From an uncultured bacterium (GTDB lineage: Bacteria; Verrucomicrobiota; Verrucomicrobiia; Limisphaerales; UBA8199): a DNA stretch of 64,000 nucleotides. Position numbers and translations under genes: made by a program. The notes under the pieces were generated by a model. It made no database searches. It worked only from the letters and a program-made list of their open reading frames with translations, and had not been told where the DNA came from. The DNA lies in contig CAVVMW010000022.1 of the NCBI GenBank assembly GCA_963749495.1, positions 512,001 to 576,000 on the forward strand, written 5' to 3'. This document shows, one piece after another, positions 22,261-32,529 of the stretch. Position 1 is the stretch's first letter. Every line of letters begins with the position of its first letter.

Positions 22261-25200
22261 TCAGTCTTCGGCAAACAAGTAGTCCAGGTCGGCTTTGGTG
22301 AGGCTGCGGGCGAAACCTTCCTCGCCCAGGACGTTGGCGATGGTCTGGGCCTTGCTCTGCTGGAGTTCCCAGATTTTCTCCTCGACGGTGCCTGGGGAGA
22401 TGAGGCGGTAGGCGTTGACGGTTTGGGTCTGGCCGATGCGGTGGGAGCGGTCGATGGCCTGGGCCTCGACAGCGGGGTTCCACCAGGGGTCGTAGAGGAC
22501 CACGTAGCTGGCGGTGGTCAAGTTCAGGCCGGTGCCGGCGGCGCGGAGGCTGAGCAGGAAGATGGCGGGCCTGGGGTCGTTCTGGAAGGCATTGACGACC
22601 TGCTGCCGCTCCTTGGTCTGGCCGGTGAGGATATGGGTGGCGAACTGGCGCTGGGCGCATTCGCCCTCCAGCAAGAGCAGCATCTGGACGAACTGGCTGA
22701 AGACCAGGACCTTCTGCCCCTCGGCCACGAGCGCATCGAGCAGTTCGAACAAGGTCTCGGTCTTGCCTGAAGGGCAATCGTTGCCGACGAGCCTGGGGTG
22801 GCAGCAGATCTGGCGCAGGCGTGTCAGGGCGGCCAGGACGTGCATCTGGCTCTTGTGGAGGCCCTTTTCGGCCACGGTCTTCATGACCTGCTCGCGGCTG
22901 CGGCGCAGTTCGGCCAGGTAAAGCTTGCGCTGCTCGTCGTCGAGTTGGCAGTCGCGCCGCTGCTCGATGCGCTCGGGCAGGTCTTTGGCGACGTGCTTCT
23001 TGAGGCGGCGCAAGAGCAGGGGGCGCAGTTTGGAGGAAAGCCGGCGCCGGGCGATGCGCTGGGCCGACTCGGCGTTGTCGCCGCGCGGCTCGTAGGTCTC
23101 GGAGAACTGGTCCTGGTTGCCGAGGTAGCCCGGCTGGATGAAATCGACGATGCTCCACAAATCGAGCAGGCGGTTCTCCAGCGGGGTGCCGGTCAGGGCC
23201 AGCCGGTGCTCGGAGCGCAACTGTTTGACCGACTGGGTGACCTGGGCGCCGGGATTCTTGATGAATTGGGCCTCGTCGAGGATAGCGGCGCGGAAGGCGA
23301 ACTTCTGGAGTTCCTCGAGGTCGCGGCGGAGCAAGGCGTAATTGGTGACGATGAGGTCGTGCTGGGGGATTTGCTTGCGGAGGTTGTGGCGGGCGGCGCC
23401 GCTCTCCAGGACCAGCACCTTCAACTGCGGGGTGAACCGGTTGGACTCGCGCCGCCAGTTGTGCAGGACCGAGGCGGGGCAGATGACCAGCGAGGGTTTG
23501 GGGTGTCTGGGATTGCACGCCTTGAGCCAGGCCAGCCAGGACAACGTCTGGAGCGTCTTGCCCAGGCCCATGTCGTCGGCCAGGATGCCGCCCAGCTTGA
23601 TCCGCGTCAGGTGGCACAGGAAGTCGTAACCGTCCTTCTGGTAGGGCCGCATCTGCGCGCACAGGCCGCCGGGCAGGTCCGTCCCGGCAATGCCCTTGAA
23701 GTCCTTGAGCCGCTGGCGCAGCGCCCCCGCCTGCGGCGTGTCGGCAAACCGCTTTAACCCCTCTTCGTCCAGGTGCGCGACGTTCTCCAGGCCGATGCGC
23801 TGCGCCCCCGCGGCCAGGCCGTCCACGCCCAGGTCCGCCATCGTCTCGTGCGCCGCTTGCACGGCGGCGCTGTCCAATTCCACCCAGCCCGAGTCGGGCA
23901 GTTTGACGAACCGGCCGGTGGCGGTTTGGAGGCGCTGGAGGTCGGCGGCACTCAACTGGAGGCCCTCCTGCTCCCACTGGGCGGAGACCGACAGCCAATC
24001 AATGCCGCTGCCCCGGACAATGATTCGCGGGCGCAACTGGCGCGGGGCCAGGAACAGCCGGTGAAAGGCCGGGTTGCCCAGGTACTGGGCCTGGGCGGGG
24101 CGATTGGCCCAGGCCTGGGCCAGCGCGCCCAGGAAGGCCTCCGTGGCGTCGCCCACCCACAGGCCGGGCTCGGGCGTGAACCAGTCCAATTGCCGCAGCC
24201 ATTGGCTGGCCGGCTCCAGGCGCGGGTCGTCCAGCAGTTCCGGTTTGTCGCTCGGCCCTCGATTGGGCTGGCGCAACTGCCATTCATGGCCGGTAAAAAT
24301 CCAGACGCTCTGGTCGCGCTGGCTGTGGGCCAGCAGTCGCAGGCGCACAGTGTCCTGGAGCAACTCGAAGATAAACTCCGGGGCGGCCGCGTGGGTCACG
24401 CAAAGCTGCTCCCAGTCCACGCCGCGATCCGACTGCGTCCGGCGCAGGTGCATGAGCAGGCGATGGCTGAGCTTGCGCACCGGCACCGAGGGCTGGCCGG
24501 CCCAATGCGCCAGCAATTGGGGCGGCGGCGCATTGCGCACCAGGTAGAAGCTGTGCCCTGCCAGGGCCAGGGGCGGCTGATGGCTGAAGAACCGAACGTC
24601 AGCCAGATTGTGGGGGAGGCCCCCGGGGACGCTCAGCCGATGAGTCAAAGAGAGTTCGGTCTGGCCGTTCTCCAGGTGAGGCGTCAACTCGGCCACTTGG
24701 CCGTGAAATTCGAGCGGTTGGGCTCCTGGCCTGGCCCCGAGGCCAACTCCAGCCGCCGGGACCGGCCCCAGCGCGCCAGCCAGTGCAGCAGGTCCAGCTC
24801 GGACAAGACCACCGCCTCGCCCTGGACCGGGTCGGCCTTGGGCGGCGTCTGGGCCAGCCACTGGATGAATTCCCAGTCGGCTGGCGGGAAGAGCTCCTGC
24901 TCGTGCGCCGCACGGGTCGTCAATTCGAGGATGTCGGCCAGTTTCTTGAGCTTTTCCCCGGTGCGCGGGCGCAGCAGGTGGAAGCGCACCGCCAGCCTGA
25001 AGAAGGCGGGCAGGTCCGGGTGCGGCTGGGGCTGGCACAGGACGCGCAAGGCGGCGCGCGGGCTGTCCAGGTGGGCCGGTTTGGGCGGGAACAGCCAGGC
25101 CTCCAGCAGTTGGACCAACTGCCGCTGCTGGCTGGCCTGCTCGACCTGCGCGAACCGGTCCAGGTTGGCGTAAGGCCCCAGCTCGGTCGGCATCGAACGC

Positions 25201-25571
25201 TTGGCCCGCAGGAACAGAAAGGCCATCTCCTCCAGGCGCGCCTGGCCCTGCGCCGCCAGGAGCCGCGCCCACCAATCCGTGCCCGGAAAGTCCTTGCGCG
25301 AGAGCGAAAGCTTCTCGAAGTAGTCCTCCAGCAGCAGCCACGCCCGTTGCGAATCGGCGCAGGCCGCAAAGCTGCGCAGCAACTCCCCCCGCTCGGCTAC
25401 CGCCGCCTTCGAGTCCGCCAATTCCCGGCGCAGGTCGGCCAGCGCCCCGTAGGTCTTCGAGAGTACGGTGTTCTGAGCGTCGTACTTGGACGCCAGGCCA
25501 GCCCTCAAGCAGGTTCCATTTCTGACTAAAACTCTAGCCATCTGACTGCGCCCCGATAGGGGTTCTACCAT
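22261..25571 (-). CDS. SNF2-related helicase, frameshifted at ~24710-24760
   Basis: LADDMGLGKT, LDEAQFIKN, ALTGTPLEN, GTGLNLT, DPWWNPAVEAQAIDRSHRIGQ; the N-terminal part is ORF 24684-25571; start uncertain. Confidence 0.88.
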
Positions 25572-25758
25572 CTCCTCACAGAATGGCCGGTTTGGTCAAT
25601 AGAAATGTAAAGATTTTTTGTAAGGTCTGTTAGGCCCCAGTCAGAGCGGGATGGGCAGCACGGGCGGACCCCTCATCCCGGCCCTCTCCCCATCGGATGG
25701 GGGGTGTCCACGGCCACCTTCGCTGCGTCGCTCCGCGCCGCCCGCGCTGCCCCCGGCT

Positions 25759-25952
25759 CACCGCGTAGCGGTGCCCGACGGTAGCCGTGGACTTCCAGTC
25801 CACGGACCCATGGCGCAAGCTCAACCGCGTCGCGTAGCGACGCCTGAAAACCGCAACGCTGTCGGGCGTCGCTACGCGACGCGCGATCATTCCAATGCCC
25901 TGAACCGTGGACCGAGGTCCACGGCTACCTTCACTGCGTCGCTCCGCGACGC
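25759..25952. repeat. repeat family C (~200-220 bp), inverted relative to the copies at 44848 and 45531
   Basis: GTAGCCGTGGAC..GTCCACGG and CGTCGCTACGCGACG palindromes. Confidence 0.85.
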
Positions 25953-25982
25953 GCGATGATTCCCCCGCCCCTTCCCCCTATT

Positions 25983-28232
25983 CTATCGCGCTGAGGACGG
26001 CTCCAGTTGACGGGACATCGAGAACTCCAGGACCGCATAGCCGTCGATCTGGAAGTGCTCGACCACGATTTCCACGGTCCGGTCGGCCTCGACCGTCAGT
26101 TTCCCCGTGTCCCGCGTCGGGCCGTGCCAGGTCCAGTTCTCGATGACCGGCCGGCCGTTGACGCTGACCCGGACACCGTCGTCGCTGAGCGTGGTGAATT
26201 GCCAGGTTCCCTTGGCCAAGGGCAGGCGGGTCCGAGCCACCATGCCGAAGTGGTGTTGAGGGAGTTTGGCGGCGGTGATCTTCTCCGAGATGCCGATGTC
26301 GCTGGGTCCGCGCATGCCGTACTTGAGGGAGAGTTCCTCGATCAGGTCCGAGACCGCCGAGGGGCCCTCGGCCAGTTTGCGGTAGCCGTCAAGGTCCTTG
26401 CGTGGATCCACTGTGGCTGGCCAGGGGAAAAAGGTGGCCTGCCACCGGGCGGCCAGGAGCGTCCCGTGAAACTGCGCCAGGGGTTTTCCGGCGGCGCTCA
26501 CGCTCAGCCGATAATCCTGGACGCCGGGTTGGGTGGCGGACACGGTGACGCGGGACTCGTCGGTTTTCCCGGGCACTGGCTCCAGGAGGCCCTTGACGCG
26601 GTCGCCCGCCGTTTCCACCTCCAGGTCCGCCGCCGGCACCTTGAGCACTTCATAAACAGCCGAGCCGCCGGCAGACCCGGCCAGGCGCACCAGGGGAGTG
26701 ACATGGTCCCAAGGGCCCCACTCGGTCATGATGATGTTCTGGCGGCCGCGCAGTTGGGGCCTGGCGCCCACGGGATGCCTCTTGCCCAGGGCTTGGTATC
26801 CGGTCTGCCATGGCGGCACGGCCAGGCGCTCGTCGCGCAGGACCTCGTAGGCTGGTTCGTCGATCATCTCCTTGCCGACGCCGGCCAGCAGGTTGGAGCC
26901 GAGCGTTGCCTGGCCGGGCCCGCGGAAGTGGAATGCAACGGTGTCGCCCTGGAAGGAGTTGGCGGCGATGACCGAGCCCGTGGAGGCATACCCATTGGCC
27001 TGGGCCCAGCCCCGCTTGTCGAAGTCCGGGTTGGGCCCGCCCCAGAGATGGACGCCGCACTTGTTCGTCACGAACGAATTGCACACAATCGAGTTGTCGC
27101 CGCCGTGATCGATATTCACGCCCCCGCGCTCCAGGCCGTAGCCCATCTCGCCGTTGGCCTCGAAGAGATTGCCGGCGATGAGCGTCTGGCGGGAGTAGCC
27201 CGCCCAAACACCGCAGATAGCATTGCCCACAAGCCGGTTGTCGAGGTACTTGTTCCCGAACGAAAACGTGTTCTCGATGCCGTGGGCGGCCGCATAAGAA
27301 AAGTCATTGCCCACCAGCAAGTTGCCCGTGTTGCCCCGGCCTTTGTGCCACTCGACCGGATGGTCGCCGACCTCGCCGAGGGCCTCGCGCCCCGCAAAAC
27401 CAAAAAAACCGTCGCCGCCGTGGGTAACGGAGTTCTCGGCGAAGACGTTCCGGTTGTTCTGCTCGAAGACAAAGAGGCCGGCCGAATCCTGCCCGCGGTT
27501 ATAGACGCCGTGGCTGTAGCCGCGGACGCAAAAGTCCACCGCATTGCGGCTGATGAGGTTGTCCGAACACCGCCACAGGGCGATGCCCCAGCCGGAATTG
27601 AACGAGAAATCATTGTCATAGACCTTCGCGCCGGTGACCCGGTCCAGGCAGAGGGCGTTCTGGCCGTGCCAGGCGCGGCAGTCGCGGACGATCACATTGG
27701 CCGATTGCTCGAGGTAGATGGCGGCGGCGTAATTGGTGAGCCACTCCTTGCGGTCGTTGTTGTGGCCGAAAAGCCAGTCGGAGCCGTCTTCGGCCAAGGG
27801 AGTCGATTTCAACCGGGCGCGCCGGCTGTCCGAGGCATCCAAGCCCTCCAGCACCAGGCCATCGGCCCGGCTCGCCCAGAGGCCGCACCAGAACCCGCTA
27901 ATGCGCGCCCCGCGAATGGTGACGTCGCTGTGGCCGTCCAGGCGGATGCCGCAGCCTTTGTATTGGTCGGGCGGCGTATCGGCCCGCGCCCCCCTGAGCA
28001 CGGAGCCTTGCGCGAAGTCCAGTTCGATGCCCGGCGCGCCGATCTGGATGACGCCCTCGCCGTCGTCCTCGATGACTGCGCCCGGCGCAATCACCACGCG
28101 GCAGGACTGCGTGATCACCGTGTGCCCCGCCTTGGTTTCAAGGGTTGGCAAGTCCGCCGCCGCCCGGACCCCGCCGCAGCCCAGCAATGAGGCGAACAAG
28201 AATAGTAACCAACGGCTTCTGGGCTGTATCAT
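25983..28232 (-). CDS. secreted right-handed beta-helix (NosD/pectin-lyase-like) protein with C-terminal PA14 domain
   Basis: Signal/lipoprotein-like N-terminus, Asn-ladder repeats (DNDFSFNSGWG, GNDFSYAAAHG), PA14 motif SDDGVRVSVNG...ENW. Confidence 0.82.
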   Translation of the reverse strand: MIQPRSRWLLFLFASLLGCGGVRAAADLPTLETKAGHTVITQSCRVVIAPGAVIEDDGEGVIQIGAPGIELDFAQGSVLRGARADTPPDQYKGCGIRLDGHSDVTIRGARISGFWCGLWASRADGLVLEGLDASDSRRARLKSTPLAEDGSDWLFGHNNDRKEWLTNYAAAIYLEQSANVIVRDCRAWHGQNALCLDRVTGAKVYDNDFSFNSGWGIALWRCSDNLISRNAVDFCVRGYSHGVYNRGQDSAGLFVFEQNNRNVFAENSVTHGGDGFFGFAGREALGEVGDHPVEWHKGRGNTGNLLVGNDFSYAAAHGIENTFSFGNKYLDNRLVGNAICGVWAGYSRQTLIAGNLFEANGEMGYGLERGGVNIDHGGDNSIVCNSFVTNKCGVHLWGGPNPDFDKRGWAQANGYASTGSVIAANSFQGDTVAFHFRGPGQATLGSNLLAGVGKEMIDEPAYEVLRDERLAVPPWQTGYQALGKRHPVGARPQLRGRQNIIMTEWGPWDHVTPLVRLAGSAGGSAVYEVLKVPAADLEVETAGDRVKGLLEPVPGKTDESRVTVSATQPGVQDYRLSVSAAGKPLAQFHGTLLAARWQATFFPWPATVDPRKDLDGYRKLAEGPSAVSDLIEELSLKYGMRGPSDIGISEKITAAKLPQHHFGMVARTRLPLAKGTWQFTTLSDDGVRVSVNGRPVIENWTWHGPTRDTGKLTVEADRTVEIVVEHFQIDGYAVLEFSMSRQLEPSSAR

Positions 28233-28287
28233 GGACCTACGCTCTCAGGTTAGCGCTCGGCCGTCAATCGCGATGGGGTGGCCACAG

Positions 28288-28349
28288 GGCAAAATCATTG
28301 TTGGCAGAATCATTAAAAAGAAAATGATTTTGCCAACAATGATTTTGCC
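28288..28349. repeat. inverted repeat GGCAAAATCATT...AATGATTTTGCC with duplicated arms
   Basis: Directly visible. Confidence 0.7.
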
Positions 28350-28438
28350 TTGCGGCGGCAGTCCATTCAGCGGTTGACTGGCATTCTTGTTTGGGGCATT
28401 TTGCCCGCAAATTCCAGGATTCTGGAGAATCCGGCTGA

Positions 28439-29230
28439 GTGCACCCAATAGCTTTTCATTTAGGCGGGCTGATCATCCACTGGTACGGGGTGATGGTGGC
28501 GCTGGGCTTTCTGGTCGGGCTGTGGCTGGCGGGCCGGCGCGGGCGGCTCGAGGGCGTTGCGGCCGAGAAGGTGCTGGACGCGGGACCGTGGCTGATTGTG
28601 GGGGCCATTCTCGGGGCGCGGAGCCTGTTCGTAGCCACTTACTGGCGGGAGCAATTCGCCGGCAGGCCGTTTTTCGAGGTCTTCATGATTTGGCACGGCG
28701 GGCTGGTCTATTACGGGGGCCTGATCGGCGCCTCGGTTGCCTGCGTGCTCTACGCGCGCCTCAAGCAGGTGCCCCTTTGGAGGCTGGCGGACATCCTGGC
28801 CCCGAGCATCGCCTTGGGACAGGCCCTGGGGCGCATCGGCTGCCTCCTCAACGGGTGCTGTTACGGGCGCCCCTGCCAGTTGCCCTGGGCCATCCGGTTC
28901 CCCGAACACAACGCGGCCGGCGCTCCTTCCACTCCGGTGCATCCAACCCAAATCTACGAGTCGCTGCTGAGCCTCGCCTTGTACGCGGGGCTGGCCTGGC
29001 TCTACCGGCGCAAGAAGTTCGACGGCCAGGTCTTCGGCCTCTACATGGTCGGCTATGCGCTGTTCCGGTCCTTTGTCGAGATGTTCCGCGGCGATTATCC
29101 CCAATACCAATACCTGGGCGGCTGGGCTACCCCGGCCCACCTGGTCAGCCTCTTTCTCCTGGGGGCCGGCCTGGTCCTGCTTTGGAGGCTCCCCCGCCCT
29201 GCCCTGGCGGGTAAACCAGGACATGGCTGA
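28439..29230 (+). CDS. lgt: prolipoprotein diacylglyceryl transferase
   Basis: IHWYG, IWHGGLVYYGG, GRIGCLLNGCCYG, HPTQIYE, EMFR. Confidence 0.95.
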   Translation: MHPIAFHLGGLIIHWYGVMVALGFLVGLWLAGRRGRLEGVAAEKVLDAGPWLIVGAILGARSLFVATYWREQFAGRPFFEVFMIWHGGLVYYGGLIGASVACVLYARLKQVPLWRLADILAPSIALGQALGRIGCLLNGCCYGRPCQLPWAIRFPEHNAAGAPSTPVHPTQIYESLLSLALYAGLAWLYRRKKFDGQVFGLYMVGYALFRSFVEMFRGDYPQYQYLGGWATPAHLVSLFLLGAGLVLLWRLPRPALAGKPGHG

Positions 29231-29320
29231 ACGTTTCATGTTTCACGTTTCAGGTTTGACGCCCTGTGAAAAACCTTAGACCTCGGTTCATAAGTAACCG
29301 GACACGCATACACCTCCCAG

Positions 29321-29421
29321 AAAAGCGGCAGAGGACTGCCGCAGTCCAAAAGGCTTCGCGAAGCAGGGACGCAGCGGAGGTCGCGCTAGCGTCTTGGACT
29401 GCGGCAGTCCTCTGCCGCTTT
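29321..29421. repeat. repeat family B, inverted pair
   Basis: AAAGCGGCAGAGGACTGCCGCAGTCCAA...TTGGACTGCGGCAGTCCTCTGCCGCTTT. Confidence 0.85.
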
Positions 29422-29512
29422 TCTTCGGGAGCTCAATCTCCAAGGCGGTGCCGAGGGGCAAAGATTGCTTTGCTCGACCCTCCGATGTCTGGCTGCCTGT
29501 GAAAGGAGGTCT

Positions 29513-30550
29513 ATGCCATGCCGTAACGACATACCCCCACTCGCTCCTCCCCTCCCGGCCGGCGGCATCCTGTTGCTGGCGGGGCCGACGGCCGCGGGCA
29601 AGTCGGCGCTGGCCCTGGAGTTGGCCCTGCGCCTGGGCGCCGAGATCGTCTCGGTCGACTCGATGCAGGTCTATCGCGGGATGGACATCGGGACTGCCAA
29701 GCCGTCGCTCGAGGACCGCGCGCGCGTGCCGCATCACCTGGTCGATGTGGTGGGAGCCGACGAGCCGTTCGACGCGGCCCAATTCGCGCGCCAGGCGCGC
29801 CAGGCGGTGGCGGGCATCCATGCGCGGGGCCGTCCGGCCATTCTATGCGGCGGCACGGGGCTCTACTTCAAGGCCCTGTTCGAGGGACTGGGCCAGGCCC
29901 CGCCGGCCGATGCCACCGTGCGCGCCGCCCTCCAAGCCACGCCGATGCCCGAGTTGCTGCGCGAATTGGCCGAGCGTGACCCGGCCGCATACGAGCGGAT
30001 CGACCGCCTCAACCCGCGTCGTGTTATCCGCGCCCTCGAGGTCATCCGCTTGACCGGCAGGCCCTTTTCCGAGCAGCGCGCCCGCTGGACGCCCCAACTC
30101 CAGTCGCAGGCTCCAGAGGGCGAGCCCGTCCCTCTGGGTTTCGGCCTCCAACGCTGCCCGGCCGACCTGCGCCGGCGCATCGATGCCCGGGTTGACCAAA
30201 TGTTCCGCCGCGGGCTGGTGGCCGAGACCGAGGGGCTCCTGCGGCAAGGACTCAGCCGGAACCCGACCGCCCTGCAGGCGCTGGGCTACCGCCAGGCCGC
30301 CGAATACCTCGCCGGCAGGCGGGACCTGCCGCAGACTATCGAACTGGTGAAGATCCGCACCCACCAATTCGCCAAACGCCAGATGACCTGGTTCCGCCGG
30401 CAAATGCGCCTGCGCTGGATTCACCTCCAAGAGACGCCCCCAACGCAGGTCCTGGAGGAGATCGAAAGGGCTTTACCTTCCGCCCGCGAACGTCCATCTT
30501 CGCCCCCAACAGCGCAACACGAGAGCGATGAACAAACTGGCCATCATTAA
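29513..30550 (+). CDS. miaA: tRNA dimethylallyltransferase
   Basis: GPTAAGKS, DSMQVYRGMDIGTAKP, GGTGLY, RVIRALE, AKRQMTWFR; AGGAGG upstream. Confidence 0.96.
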   Translation: MPCRNDIPPLAPPLPAGGILLLAGPTAAGKSALALELALRLGAEIVSVDSMQVYRGMDIGTAKPSLEDRARVPHHLVDVVGADEPFDAAQFARQARQAVAGIHARGRPAILCGGTGLYFKALFEGLGQAPPADATVRAALQATPMPELLRELAERDPAAYERIDRLNPRRVIRALEVIRLTGRPFSEQRARWTPQLQSQAPEGEPVPLGFGLQRCPADLRRRIDARVDQMFRRGLVAETEGLLRQGLSRNPTALQALGYRQAAEYLAGRRDLPQTIELVKIRTHQFAKRQMTWFRRQMRLRWIHLQETPPTQVLEEIERALPSARERPSSPPTAQHESDEQTGHH

Positions 30551-30686
30551 GGAATTCTGGAGTTTCCTGCGCGTGCGCAAGAAGTGGTGGCTGGCGCCCA
30601 TCGTCATCTTCCTCCTGCTCCTGGGCGGCCTGTTGATCTTCGCCAAAGGGTCCGCCTTGGCCCCGTTTATCTATAGCCTGTTTTGA
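30528..30686 (+). CDS. DUF5989 family small membrane protein (52 aa)
   Basis: MNKLAIIKEFWSFLRVRKKWWLAPIVIFLLLLGGLLIFAKGSALAPFIYSLF; not in the ORF track. Confidence 0.85.
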   Translation: MNKLAIIKEFWSFLRVRKKWWLAPIVIFLLLLGGLLIFAKGSALAPFIYSLF

Positions 30687-30757
30687 GTGCGGAGTGCGGA
30701 GTGCGGAGTGCGGAATCCGGAACGCGGGGTGAGCACTGCGGAATGGGGAGTGCGGAG
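30685..30757. repeat. 7-bp tandem repeat (GAGTGCG)n
   Basis: About 4 perfect units plus degenerate ones. Confidence 0.8.
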
Positions 30758-30792
30758 GCCACGTGGCCAGTCTGCACCGGGAGGTCAAGCCG

Positions 30793-31117
30793 ATGACCAA
30801 CGAAAAACAGGGCCTTCACTATGTTTCGCCTGCCGAGGTCGAAGGGTTCGATTCTCTGGCGAAACTGGCATTGGATATGCGCTGGTCGTGGAACCACCCC
30901 GACGACGAACTGTGGCCCCGGCTCGACCAATGGCCAGACTGCGGCAAGACACGAGATGACGCGCGGGCGGCAATTGGTGGGCGCGGGTAGCGGCTATGTC
31001 TATAGCGCGACCGTGCCGGCAACCCGCCCCGCCCGCGAATACACGCCTCGAGCCGTGCCCCACTTTCCCCAGGCCTCGATCCCCTTGGAGGCCGATTCCA
31101 TCCTCTGGCAAAGGTGA
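30793..31117 (+). pseudogene. glgP: alpha-glucan phosphorylase remnant (N- and C-termini only)
   Basis: EVEGFDSLAKLALDMRWSWNH..DELW..LD joined out of frame to YVYSATVPATRPAREYTPRAVPH...IPLEADSILWQR*. Confidence 0.8.
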
Positions 31118-31226
31118 AACTGAGACGCCTTGCCCCGGACCAAACCGGCATTCAATTGGTCCGCTGCCCTGCAGCCAAGGAGTAATTGAGTTTGCGAGCG
31201 GCTTCAATCCTCGGTAGTTTTGGCTT

Positions 31227-31436
31227 ATGACGGCAGCGAAAGTCATTGAGGAAATCATGCATCTGCCCCGCGAAGAACAGTCACGCGTGCTTGAATTTGC
31301 TCTCGAATTGGCGCGCAGACGTTAGCTTTCGGGGAAGGAGTTGTCCGTGTTGGCGCAGCGGATGGTGGATTCAGACGATCCCGGTGAGGTGGAGAGACTC
31401 AAGTCCGAGATCACGCGCGGCTTTTACGGGGAATAA
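31227..31436 (+). pseudogene. small hypothetical (putative antitoxin) with in-frame TAG at 31323
   Basis: MTAAKVIEEIMHLPREEQSRVLEFALELARRR*LSGKELSVLAQRMVDSDDPGEVERLKSEITRGFYGE*. Confidence 0.6.
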
Positions 31437-31438
31437 CT

Positions 31439-31684
31439 GTGCCGCGCATTCGGCGACAGAATCTCCCCCGGGACTTATTGGCGCACCTGTTGGAGCGCGT
31501 CAAGGGCCGCCATATTCCTGTTGATCAACTTGGCGCGCTGGCGGACTGGCTGGCCACGGAGCCCGAGGTTCCTGATGGAAGATGGTTCAAGAGATTTCCC
31601 GGAATGATCGTATGTGGTGAGGGCGAATTGATTAGGACTTTCCTTCAGGCCGGGCAGGCCGCAATGGGTGAAGAACTGAACTGA
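31439..31684 (+). CDS. small hypothetical protein, putative toxin partner
   Basis: 81 aa, starts 2 nt after the upstream ORF; PEVPDGRWFKRFPGMIVCGEGEL. Confidence 0.65.
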   Translation: MPRIRRQNLPRDLLAHLLERVKGRHIPVDQLGALADWLATEPEVPDGRWFKRFPGMIVCGEGELIRTFLQAGQAAMGEELN

Positions 31685-31863
31685 TGAAGTTTGGCTGCAA
31701 TCTGGGAGGGCTCCCGCTTGGGCTCAAAGAACGCATAGTCAAACACAGAGTCGCGAAGAACACAGAGATTGGTGCTGTTTGTCTTCTCTGCGTTCTTGGC
31801 GTCTCTGTGTTTTGAACGGAGTGGTGGGCCGTGGCGCGAACGCGCAACCGCCCACAGTTTTGA

Positions 31864-32343
31864 TTAAGCCGCCTGTTCCTGTTCCGGGTTCTCGACTTCC
31901 GGTTCCGAGGTCAACTCGGCCTCGAACGAAGATCGCAGCGCGGGGATTGCTCGCCTTCGACCAGATCCGCCTGCCTCCGCCTCTTGTTGCCCCCGCAACG
32001 AGAAACGCGCCCAGGGAATCGCCTTTAGTCGCGCCTCCTCGATGGGTTCCCCGGTCACTTCGCAAATCCCATAGGTGCCGCACTCGATGCGCCGAATGGC
32101 CTCAAGCACCTCAGAGACTGTCTCCTGCGTCGTACCCGCAACCACGAAGGCCAGGAGGCGCTGAGTTTCCTCCGTGGCGGCTTCACTGAGATCATCCATT
32201 TTGACAGTCGATGCGCCATCGGAGGAGAAGTCCCGCGCGAGCAACCTGTCGCGTTCATCGATGAGGCGTCGGAAGTGAGCGGCCCATTGGGCAGGCACCT
32301 TGGAATTTCGCTTGGAACCTAAAATGTCTGCTGCTGTCGACAT
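31864..32343 (-). CDS. TraR/DksA family regulator with degenerate Zn finger
   Basis: EAIRRIECGTYGICEVTGEPIEEARLKAIPWARFS. Confidence 0.85.
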   Translation of the reverse strand: MSTAADILGSKRNSKVPAQWAAHFRRLIDERDRLLARDFSSDGASTVKMDDLSEAATEETQRLLAFVVAGTTQETVSEVLEAIRRIECGTYGICEVTGEPIEEARLKAIPWARFSLRGQQEAEAGGSGRRRAIPALRSSFEAELTSEPEVENPEQEQAA

Positions 32344-32529
32344 GCAGTACTTATCGGCAGAAACACCATTCTGTTAAATAGGGAGCGAAATTGGGGAAGA
32401 CCTAAGCAAGGTTGGTGCTGGCCTCCACCACGACGGCCAGTCCGATGCACCCTTATCTGGACGTCCACATAAGGGCGCATCTGACCCCCCTTGACGGTGG
32501 CGGTCTCTTGGGCAAAATGTAAGGCCAGG

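Noticed and set aside
31323..31325. Pyrrolysine or stop-codon recoding at TAG
   Set aside because: TAG terminates normal genes here (e.g. 15728, 17244), and there are no pyl genes in the window
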